64,000 nucleotides of DNA, from NCBI GenBank assembly GCA_036172245.1, contig JAYWIR010000047.1:372001-436000 (forward strand), given 5' to 3'. The DNA comes from Raillietiella orientalis (lineage: Eukaryota). Each line of letters begins with the position of its first letter. Within the stretch, counting starts at the first letter, position 1. Shown piece after piece: positions 53,192-64,000 of this stretch. The position numbers and the translations under genes were made by a program. The notes below the pieces were generated by a model. That model made no database searches. It saw nothing but the letters and a program-made list of their open reading frames with translations, and was not told the origin of the DNA.

Positions 53192-54219
53192 TTAATAGTT
53201 TGAAACGTAAAGATTTGCTTTATAAAGTGTGTTATGTATTTTCGAGACACTAAGCTGATTATCTGACTGGTTGATATGCTTCATTTTTTTTTTTTGTGAA
53301 ATGGTTTTACCTAATGTCTTTCGTTTAGTTATACTTTTCAAAAGTTTCCCTTGAATCTTACGCCAAGATTTACATGTGCATTCTACTCTCCTATCCAACC
53401 ACTAAGGTACACTTTGTCTATTGGTCAATTTGAAAGAGTAAATGTGAAAATGAGGTAGTACATTTTTGTAATTACATTTTTCCAGCCTGGAACGAATGTC
53501 TGGTAAATGAAATCAATATCTTATTCGTCTTTCGGATAATCATGGTTATTACTATGCTTTTCTTGTGGCAACGAAGATCAGATTCAGTGTTATTCCATGG
53601 ACTCTTTTTATGGTCGTTGGGAACCAATCCAGCGAAAGGGAAAATTTTTTTTTGGAGTGTTCCTGAGTTTATTACCTTTTTCCAATCCCGAACCCAACCC
53701 AAACCCGATTTGTTATCAGCTAGCGATTCCGGGATTGCTTTTCAGTTTGTGTTCCTTTTTTAAAAATTCCGTGCCCACATTAGAAGGACATCAGAGTTTA
53801 CGTACAAATTACGGCACGGATCGTAATGTCGTGTGTGTGTTCTTCTATATTCACGAATGCTTGCTATAAAAATCCAGATTTTGACACACAAGTAGGTTTC
53901 ATAATGCAGTGATTGTGTTTGCAAGAAGTGAGGTTTTCGGCGGTGCTTCGCAGTTCCATTTGTTAAAAGTCTTTTTGCGCCGTCCTCATTGAAGCAGCAA
54001 TCACGTTCTTCAGTATACTGTATCGGAAGATGTATTTCCTGTACACTTTTTGCACATTGATCACAACCGGGTGATACTGATTTTCGATGTTTGTGGTTAA
54101 TACTCTCGGTAGTCACATTTGTCGCTCTCTCCCAGAAGACCGCGTTAGGCTGCAAAGAAAACGCAAAAGGAATGTTCGTGGTAGGCTTTATTCATTCCAA
54201 ACATTCATTTTTTTCCATT

Positions 54220-57200
54220 TCATATATCAAAATTTGGTTTGATATTGGAATGACTCCTGTATACATCAAAATGAAGGAAAATTGTAGGTACGTAGTACGT
54301 GGATACTAAGCCCAAGTTCAGGAAGGTATCGCTTTCATCTGGTATGCCATTTTCTTCTAATGTTTTGCCCATGTCCAGGATGCGCTCGTCATATTTCCAC
54401 ACGTACTGGGAAGCATTCCAATTAAAAGGAAGATACTTCCTTGCTATATCAAGGAGAAGATCCTCGCTGCATACCTACAAATGCAGAAAAGGCCCATGAA
54501 TACGAGAACTCATCTTGGCTGCCGATGCCAGTTGTTGCGTGTTGATGAGCTTACACTATTTCTATGTGGTGGCTGTTTCTGAGGTGGATGTTGAGAATTC
54601 CTTACTTTGTGTCATATACTTTTGAGCTGTAAAAATAAAAAAAAAAACGGTACAGAAAAAAAGCACCAGGAAATGACGAGATGGCGTTTTTCAACCGAGT
54701 GTAGAAAAGAAAGAAAACCGAAAAGAAAATCCTTTTTTAAAAAGAAAGAACTAAAATCAAAATAAGATTTTAACGTTAAACATGGCTTAACGTTGAAATC
54801 TGATGGTAAATATCTGAAAATATGATTCGATTGCTTATCGTTATTTGTCAATTGTTAAGAAGATGGTTGCTGAGGTGTGAAACATCCTTTTTGATACAGT
54901 CGACAGTGTGCACAGTGACAGTGTGTGTGTGTGTTCGACCGAGTACCGTTTTTTGGACGGTACGCGGCCCCTGAAAATCCGAACGGCGGGTTCGTTCTGA
55001 AAGTGTTCGTTTTGCAGTGACCTTTATCGTTATCCTGCTGGAAATCAAGGTGTTGAGTAGGGCTATCTCTCTGGTTTTCTTTGTCAAGAGGCCTACGGAA
55101 AATTTCCTGCAGTTCAGCCACCAGGGATCTATCGACGAGTTGTCGTAGTCGTTTGTCGGGTGGAAATGCGACACGTCCACGTAACGTCCATCAGGCACGA
55201 ACGGCTCCTCTTCCCACGTGTTTGGGTTGACGCAGCTCCGTGGCTGGAACGAGAAGATTCCAAGGCCTACGGTTCGGCCGATTCCAATTTTTCCAAATGG
55301 CACACGCAAGAAGTGCACGCGGAATCATCATTGCGGCCGAGTAAAGAGAAGGATTCCTCTTTAATCGGCGGAGAAGTGCTGCAAAGGCTGTTTCTTTTTC
55401 CCGAAGTGGTCGCCACTGTTGGGCTTTTCGCCGACTCTGCTCTCAGCGTGTGTGGGGGCATGACTTTGCCTACATTTCCTTCTTTTTTTTGGTTGTTTGT
55501 TTTTCACAGCAACAGCAAAAAAAAGTGCTTGTTTGGTCACGAAACGTCGGGTTCGTGACCCCAAAGTTAATGGTTTGGGGAAACGAGGAAGATGATGAAC
55601 AAAACAGCTGCACAGAGACGCAGGGTATCCGCACCGATAGACTTGTACAACGTGGATGGCGGGCGTCCCGTATTCGAGCGTCGAAGAAGACACAAAGGGA
55701 CCAAGACGGCACTTTGTTTGCCTGCGGGGCAGGTGTTTTCGCGACGCCCTGGGAAGACAAATTTGTTTGCCTATGACCCTCGTTCGTCGCGAGCGGAAAA
55801 GAACGGTTTCCCCCGCTGAACTGGTTGAGCGTCCTGTTTTCCTTGTCGCCGACGCAGCAGACCGCTCCGCTCTTGTCGCAGGGGGGATCGTTTCCCGGGC
55901 GCGCATTCTCCGGACAGAGCATCAGCGACGGTTTCTTGCAAACACGGCCGTTGTCGCTGGTCTCCGAAATGATCGTCGAAAGTATCAGTCCGCGTTCCGC
56001 ATCGCAAACACCTGCCTGCCTCATGTGAATGCCGACTTCATTTGGACGTTTTTTTCGGAAACGATCGGAACTGTTTGCCATGCTGTTGGGGGGGGGCTGC
56101 GATCGTTAAAGTTCTCTCCGTCCGTGTTTGCGGCGCCTCGCCGTCTCCGCAGCAGCCCTGCTCACGAGTGGTACAGCAAGTTTCCGTGTGCCAACGAACC
56201 CCATCAAAAAAAAAAAAAAAGGAATCGCAGACTTGGGAGAGAATTGGATGAACCTTATCTTCAGCTGCCCCTTCCTGATACCTGTGCGGAAGTTCTGAAG
56301 ACTCTTCATCTCCAGATCTCGACGCAAGTGTCCCGCTCTAGGTTCGAAAGTCACACTGTTGGTTTCTCCGTGTTCCACGAGAGGAACACGCAGGAAGCTT
56401 TGCGTACGAGTTGCAGCGGATCGCGGGTTGGACGGTCCAGAGCTCTGCAATCGAGTGGTCCTCCCTGGAGGATTGCGTTTCCCCCGCACCGGTCATGGAT
56501 CACAGTGCAAGCGCGCGTGCATTTCAGGTCTTCCAAAGTCGAGTTGTCTCCCACGGAAACTCACACGACGTTCCACAAAACTGGACCGCTTCCGGAATGG
56601 ATCGCAGGTTCCACCAACGGAGGAGAAGGCTTTTTCCATTTTCTATTCTCCAAAGAAACAAAGAGTTTTTTTTTCTCTTAGCCATTCTGTCCGGGGTTCT
56701 CCTGGGGTAACTCCTTCTGCAGGGAAAGACGCAGAGTCTACGGAAGCGTGGCAATCCGGTGTTCAGGGATTGGCCACGCGCGAGCGTACCATCGAACCCT
56801 ATTGCCTGCGCGTGGGGCTACTGTCCAATCCGTTGATCGCCCCGGGAGAAATGGAAGAGCGGCGAGCAAGACGCAGCGATTCCCTCTTCACGATCAAATT
56901 ATCTGTCTCTCCGACAACCGTTCGCTCTTCGTTTCGATGAAATTCTTCCATGTGCTGGACTTTCGCTGGCAGTCCGCACATGGAAGCTGTCTTCCGAGCT
57001 GTCTTCGCGGACCTCAGACCTTTTCGGTGGGCCGCGGTAGGCATGATGCGGATGCGTTTCGTCTCAGGAGCACGTTTTAGAATCGTCTGGGCGATCCACG
57101 AACGCGAGCGAGAAACAGTTCAAGCGGACAAAAGAATGAAACAGAATAAATGAGGATCTCACATTGAACGAACGTGGATGAAACCAGTGGGAGATGTCTT

Positions 57201-57915
57201 TCCCTGCATTTTTTATCAGTGGTTGGAGCAAGCCACTCCCAGAGTGGGTTTCGTTTAGAGGCGAAAGATCGAAAACATGCCCCAGGATGGAAACCCAGAG
57301 ATCATATGGCTTGTTGTGTTTCGCAACGTCTTCCGAGGTAAAATATGTTATTTTGAAGATCGGTTTGGGCGGTTCGTAGGCACCCTGCATCATTTCATCG
57401 TAAACTTCTGTCGTATCACAGGGCAAATCCCCTTCCTTCCTCTTCGATTTCATGATTTCGTTCCATATTCCTCTGGAAATTGTTTCGTCGAGTTCTTCCT
57501 GCTGTTCCAGCATTTGCGCTTGTCTTGATAGTGGTACATGCTGCTTTAGCTGTGGCTTATCTTCTATTATTTCCGTCCTCTGTAAAAGGTAATCTGAAAC
57601 ACTTTGTTCCTTTAGAAGGGAGACGCTCTCCTCTATTTTCATTTCTATATTCTTCTCGTAAATTGTTGGCAAAGTCTCCTTATCAGAAGGAATGGGGAAT
57701 CCTTCTTCAGGACCAGGAGCTTCCAGCAAGTTACTCCAAAGGTCATCAACCGTCCTCAAGATTTTTGGGTCAGTGATATCTGTAGATTGCTTGCTGACTC
57801 GAATTCCGGCCAGTTTAGCCAGCTCTGCGATCGTTGCATAGTTTAGCTCGTCTGCTTCGTCCGAAAGACGGATAATATCAGAGAGATCACCTTCGTCCTG
57901 GGTATCTTCAGCCAT
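54220..57915 (-). CDS. CYB5D1: Cytochrome b5 domain-containing protein 1 homologue with ~190-aa acidic N-terminal extension (~409 aa)
   Basis: Phase-0 exons 57915-57163, 55243-55022 and 54474-54220. Motifs YFTSEDVAKHNKPYDLWVSILGHVFDL, AGKDISHWF, PWW..VGLLTKKTREIALLNTL, YLPFNWNASQYVWKY, DMGKTLEENGIPDE and PTIFLHF. Confidence 0.93.
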
Positions 57916-60900
57916 CAGTAATTGAAGAGATCGTCTACTTATCACATGCCTAAAAACAATAAAATGTATAACTGGTTCCGAGGGGAAAAAAGCAAAGGAA
58001 AACAAAGACGAAATTTCATTCCAAGAAAATCCATCTTCGAAAAGATAAGAGCGAAGAAGAAAGGTACCAAAGCAATGTTCTGCGGATTCAAGTTCTGTGA
58101 AGCTCATCTAGGCATTCTATGATTTATCGTAATGATGTCCCCCCCCCCCTCCCCACTACATCGGAAATATGCACTAGGGTTTTATATCAACTTTTTAAAC
58201 TTTCAAGTCTTTCAGAACACAGTCAACATCATACGAAAAAAAAAACAAACACGAACGATCTAAAGAGCAAATGCTGCACCTACTCAGCTCTTTTAAACAC
58301 ATAAGAAAGTGCTTGTTTTTGTTTGATCAACAGCCGGAAGAAAATCTGCACCCTCTCACTGTCACTATTTAATTTTGAAAACCTATTGAGGGTCATCTGT
58401 TGATCAAGTTGCAGCAAAATTTAAAATGAACCAAAAAAAATATTTTCTGAGTATAAACCTTCATAAGGATTATCCGTAGGAATTCATTAGGAAAGCAATT
58501 CAATTATTGCAATTTATTATTCGTTTTTTTTTTTCGCTGTACCATTTCCTGCTTATCTGGCTGAGGCGACCAAGCTGTACAATGTGTGAATGCAAGAGCC
58601 GTCCCTTTGGTGTAAGACATTAGTTGTTTCGGAGCCACGCCATCAACGAACTCGTACCGTACCTGTCCATCAATGTATGGTTATTACGTAAACGCACGCA
58701 TTTTTCTTTTGGTTCTGTATAGATGCATGCACTTTCGTTAGAAGAAAAAAAAAATCTTTTCATCAACGCCGCATGGAAATTTTATGAGCAAGTGCTTCGG
58801 AGAAGGAACAAGCCCAAAATGAAGAAAGCGGAAAAGGAAACCACAGCACTCTCGAGACAACGACATTTGCAGCTGTCATGAATTCTCCAATGACGAAAAA
58901 TCATTTCGAATCATTCCAAGTACGAGTGATCGAAGCGCAGTGGAAACCCCGACAACGTGGGTTCCTATTACACGGAAAACACATCCCCCGCGTTATACGA
59001 GAGCCTACTGCTTTGCAAAGTGCATCTCACAATAAAGAGTGGTCTTAAGCAAAAGATGCCCTCAGAAAAGTGGAGGGAATTCCATCTTAACGCAAAGGGA
59101 CACACACGTACGTGTACATTATGCTGAAGAGAGCATATTAAATACATTATGCTGAATTCGAAGTCATATGCATGACACTGAATCATCTCAATCTTAAATC
59201 GCCTAAAACTCAAGGAAACTTCATTATAACTGTGGCATAATGAGTGAATGCAGCTAACATCTGCATAAAATTATGTGTGCACATGTATATAATTGAGTAA
59301 TGCATATGCATACATTACTTGTAGAAGTATATGACAAAGTATTTTACCACCAGGAAAGTATATCAAGTATTTCATTAACAAAACACTTATGCTTCATATT
59401 GACGATATTCTATATTGGAATATAGTTTACCGAGCCATAAATGTGTCATAAAGCATTACTCATTGAAATGTGATATATTTTCGACTCTCAGGCTGCACAA
59501 CTTTCAGCCCTAACTTCCAGTCTATGTGGATGAAAAACGCGTAGAATCCTTTTTTTTTTTTTTTGAAATAAAAGCGTGTTTTTCCATTTATGCACAAACC
59601 AAGAGACAGAGAGAGAGAAGGAGAGAGAGAAAGCATCCCATACCTAGAATCTTCCTCGTTTTCATGGTTTTACTCCGGTGCATCCAAAGTGAAGCAAGGC
59701 AGAGTTCTTGGAACGTTCCAGATGGCATGATTGTTGCAGGGTTCCCCAACTCTTGTGGCTACGAAAAACACAGGAGAATCGAATCATGCCAAGGATCTGC
59801 AAGCTGCTCATCTCATTGAGATAGGCTAAAAAGTCCTAGTTCAAAGTTCAAGTTAAAATTTCCTCAAAAGTGTACGGACGGTGATTGAAACACAGATCGT
59901 TTGCGTTTCATTCGTGCCTCTCTCCCCCCCCCCCCAATCGTCCCATTCCCCCCTGCTTGGTTTAGAGATAATCATAAAGCAGTGACAATTTCAGAAACTG
60001 AATCACTGATGCACCGAAATTCAAGTGTTTTTCTATTACGTGCCTCTTAAGGAAAGATTATCAAAACGCAACATTTTTGTTGCTGAAAATGGAGGCTTGG
60101 AAAATGCTTTCGTGTCAATTCTGAGGATTCATATCCAAAACCACAGATCGCTCAATATCATCATTAATTCCGTAACATTCTGTAAAATCTTGATGGATAT
60201 AAAAGTATGTTAAGCTCGTTTTCCCTGAAATTTATTCAACAGCTGCTGCTAAACTGCTTTGTTGCAGATGTATGCAACGCTAAGATGAGACTGCCTGTTT
60301 TAATGTTAGGTGAGACTGGATAGAGACTGTTTCTCAATATGGGAATCCGTCTATCTTGTGGAAGGCAAGAACCGTGATGGCCACAGGAACTTTTATCCAG
60401 GGAACCGGCTCACGCATCAAGAGAAATTGATACTTATAATAAAGTGCAATTATTCCCATTCAAGAATCAACATGACTGCTGCTTGCAGTAAGAAAACAAA
60501 ACCGGAGAACCAAATACGCTTAGCTGCTGCGGTCTCTTCGTGAAAACTCATTCCAAAATGTCTACGAGTCTTAAAATTGAAGAAATTAGAAGGTTGCTGA
60601 AATTCCTACTTCATCACCACAAACAGAGCAAAACAGATAAGGAAATCTTCAATTTCAATATAGACCTGCAGTATTATCTCAAGAACGTGCCCAAAAGGTG
60701 TCCTTGCTCCCTTCACGAATGAAACCATTGTGCAGGTACGAGTAATACCATTATTAATCTATTATGGCTGTCAGGATCGTGAATGAGCAGCAAGGAGTTC
60801 GTTGCACAGTGTTACATCAGAGTTTCACATTTTACATTTTGAGGAAAACCGTCTGCACCAAACAGAGTCAGTTCCAAACAGAACGCACATTTTTAGGGCA

Positions 60901-61589
60901 CACCGTGTTATAAAGAAATGTCCTTCTATAGGAACACGGGTCTTTACAAAATTCCAACAGGTAGTATTCTTCAATGTTTAGCTGAAGCTGAACATTCGAA
61001 GAATCTATCTCTGATTTTACTGACGGAGCGACCCATAATTACTGTTCCATCTTCATATCATGAGAGGCTTCAATCCTGCTGTCAAAGTTTTATCTTCGAA
61101 ATTTTTTATTTATCAGATTTTTATCCTTTGTCATTCCGTTCCATATTTCACACCAGATTCTGGATTTGTTGATTGCAGCGTGAAGGATCCATCGTTAGGA
61201 AGTTGGTCTCTTTAGAACGCAATCTTTGTTTTGAAGACCATTGAAATTCCAGTGGAGTTATAAATTTGATTCGGATCTCTTAAATGGGTCTCTTTGAAAT
61301 TCAGATCTCCTGAAACATGAAAAATTCTAGAACAAAGCCGACTGTCCTTTTTTCCATTTTATGAATCAGGTTTCCATAAACATCTGAATTTCTTTGAGTT
61401 TCAAGAAACTCAGCAGGGCACACTTTCACCTTTACCAAGACATCTAACATGGAAACAATACAGAAGATGCTGTATTCCTCTACTGATTAGGTACAGATTG
61501 TTTCAACTGAATGTGGAGAAGCACCATTTTTTAATGGAATTCACGCAATTTCGCTTTCACAAACTTTACTGAACAAAGATGTTCGTGAT

Positions 61590-62660
61590 AAGTGATTCAG
61601 TGGCGGAACATTGAACTTTCCAGATTTTGGCGGCTGATATTGTACGTCAAGTTTTGGAAGATCTGCCCTGTGCGGCTGAGTGGAGAACTCGGAAAATCTG
61701 GAACAGACGCATGCCTATTCCTGGGTGACCTATGCCAACCAGCCTCCTATTTCAGCTGCACGAGAGGGTTGCTGTAAAAGGCCAGTAATGCTATCGATGG
61801 GCTCGGGTAAGGAGGACCATAAGCGGGTTGCCTTGCAGGTGGCAGTCGATCTGCAGAAAGCGCTCGACTGCGTAAATCAGAAACTGCCTTCTGGAGCTCC
61901 TGCAATTCCTAGACCTCTTGGTACACCTACTGCTCTATCTGCGCTTCATCTAGCGTAACGCACTCATCAGTATCTGTTTCAGTAATCGCTACGTGTACAG
62001 CGTACCCGTGCAGAGAGGAATACATCATGGGGAGAGTCTGAGCTCGATGCTCTTCAGAAGGTGTGTCAAACTCATTTCAACCACGGGCCATTTCATGCGA
62101 CTGGTAAGATTCACGCGAGCCACATGATATTTACAAATTTTCTTAGCATATAAAAAATGGGGGTTTAACATAATAGGGGGCCGCCAGTTTGACATCCCTG
62201 CTCTTCAGCATCCTTTTTGAGCTGGTGCTGGAACTGATTTGATGAGTTCACGGACCTGGTGTACAGGCTGACTCTGGCTAGCCTGTTGAGCTCGACGTAG
62301 GTCTCCCTACACACCGGCACTGGCGGCCTACGCGGAAAGCTTGCTTCTGCTGCACATGTCCACTCCAGCGTTGTCGCTCCAGGAACTCTTCGTGCTAATC
62401 CGTCGGGGAGTGCGCACTTGCGTCAAAGGCAGACCACCGTCCTACCTGTCCGAGAGTCATGGGAGAGAGTTGCACTAGTTCGCTTGAGTTGCACTGACGC
62501 CTATGGGTTGTACTTTCAAGTACACAAGTACACAAGGGTACACAAGGGCCATTCCAGCAATACAAGAGCAAAGTCCGGCTGCCTACAATAGGCTCTTCAT
62601 CGGAGGAAAGTCCCTCTTGCCGGAAGGCGTTCTTTGACAAACTCATCGAGAGTGTGGTTT
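61590..62660 (+). mobile_element. Decayed LINE RT fragment, interrupted by a hAT MITE
   Basis: WRNIELS..YVKFWKICPVRL, VAVDLQKALDCVNQ (DxxKAFDxV), QRGIHHGESLSSMLF, AAYAESLLL and TTVLPV in the expected RT order, with stops. Confidence 0.75.
62058..62200. mobile_element. hAT-type MITE, 143 bp, with 8-bp target-site duplication
   Basis: AAGGTGTGTCAAACT ... AGTTTGACATCCCTG imperfect TIRs. Perfect TSD CTCTTCAG at 62050-62057 and 62201-62208. Confidence 0.92.
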
Positions 62661-64000
62661 TAGACGTTCACTAATTGAGTAACTTGCATACATGATATTG
62701 CGATTTTCACGTTTTGATTTTCGAGGTCTTGTCATTACTGGTTTTGCAGTTCCAGAGCAGTTTCTAACTCAGCATTCTCCTGTTCCAAGTTTTAAGGAAG
62801 TATTTTTGAACGGTACGTTTTGCGGGTAAAATGCCTCTCTCCATCCCATTTGCTCCTGGCTGAAGCAGATCCGCGGTGAAGTTTGCAAGCAGTTTTCGCA
62901 CGTATGAAGAAAAATTCTCGAGTCCAAGAAAATGAATTAAATTTTCGGTGTTTATCCACACAGATTTCACTTCCTGTAAGTACTACTTTGACATTCTAGA
63001 AACATTACACCCGACATCTCGAAGCACACGTACACACAAAAAAAAAAAAAAAAAAATCACCAAAGTATCAGTTTAAACCTGTATTTATTTCTCCATGTTT
63101 CTTTTTCTGTATTTCCCATCTTTCTCCGAGCTAATATACTGTTCTAAAGACCTTGGTCTTTTGTGCAGCTCGTATGCTCCTTTCCCCCCTCCCCCCCCTC
63201 GCCTCTCTCTGTTGTCGCTCCCCGGCAGCTGCCGTGTTGCCAACCGGACAACTGAGTTAAACTGAAAAGTTTGCTGCATAAACAAACGGAAGAAAAGAAG
63301 AACAAAGTCGGATAGCAATAGTAAAGTATCAGGAGTGGATCACTGAGAGAACAGTGGTCGCGAGTCATCCACACGGGCTTTCCATTACTTGTTTTTTCCT
63401 GTGTTGGGTGACAAATGCACCAAAGGGATGGTTGGATGACTGCTCAAGAGCTATGGGAAGAAATTGAGGGTTCCCCCCGAGCCCCCCATCCACGGATGTT
63501 GGTGTTGATCTGACTGTATAATTAGGTGACAGATGTACACTCTTTAGTCATATGGTTTAGTATTTCACGTTTTAAGAATGGCCATCGAAAAGAAAGGTTG
63601 GTTCATCCTTTTTTTTTTCCTTTTTTTTTAAATGTGTTGCCATTTAATGTGAATTGAGACAAAGACAGTGTTCGACGTGTACTTTGCGACAGTTTGGGTC
63701 AGAAATAAGTACTTAAATACCAAGTGCAATTCCGGTTCTCAGTGAAGTTTATACTAATCACAGAAGTTTGCTGTGTAATTTATATATTGCTGTTCGTACT
63801 TGTGTTGCGTATAACATTGGGAAGTTTCTCAATATTAGTATTTGACTGTAGTTAAGGGTTTGAACATTCAAGAAATTGTGTTTGCCAGTATTAAGGAATT
63901 GCTGTATTTCAATTTCACAAACATCGAAACATGATAATAACAACAATCATACCCATAAACATAATTTTAAGCTTCTAATTCTCATGACGTATTAGTGAAG

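Noticed and set aside
54091..54309. Plus-strand ORF with a signal-peptide-like start (WLILSVVTFVAL)
   Set aside because: It begins at TTG rather than ATG and overlaps the CYB5D1 last exon in antisense.
57916..58107. Upstream 64 codons of the 347-aa ORF as part of CYB5D1
   Set aside because: T-rich and intron-like, with an acceptor at ~57950. Splicing from the upstream ATG exon hits an immediate stop, so MAEDTQ is the preferred start.

Overview
Eukaryotic genomic DNA from an animal, most likely an invertebrate and arthropod-like. It is not prokaryotic and has no CRISPR array, rRNA or convincing tRNA. The window splits into two compositional domains. Bases ~1-29,000 are very GC- and CpG-rich (about two-thirds G+C by eye) and hold one developmental regulator: a senseless/Gfi1-family C2H2 zinc-finger gene with long introns, surrounded by heavily decayed LINE and Penelope-like relics. 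Bases ~32,000-64,000 are mostly AT-rich and hold compact genes with many 40-70 nt introns: kinesin-associated protein 3 (KIFAP3, minus) and a valyl-tRNA synthetase (probably mitochondrial VARS2, plus). This half also holds a CYB5D1 homologue with a long acidic N-terminal extension (minus), younger LINE fragments, and piggyBac- and hAT-type MITEs. Between senseless and KIFAP3 I can splice by hand two minus-strand multi-exon genes whose products I do not recognise; these are the best novelty candidates. Almost all long ORFs in the GC-rich half are compositional artefacts. All assignments come from motifs recognised by eye; no searches were run.
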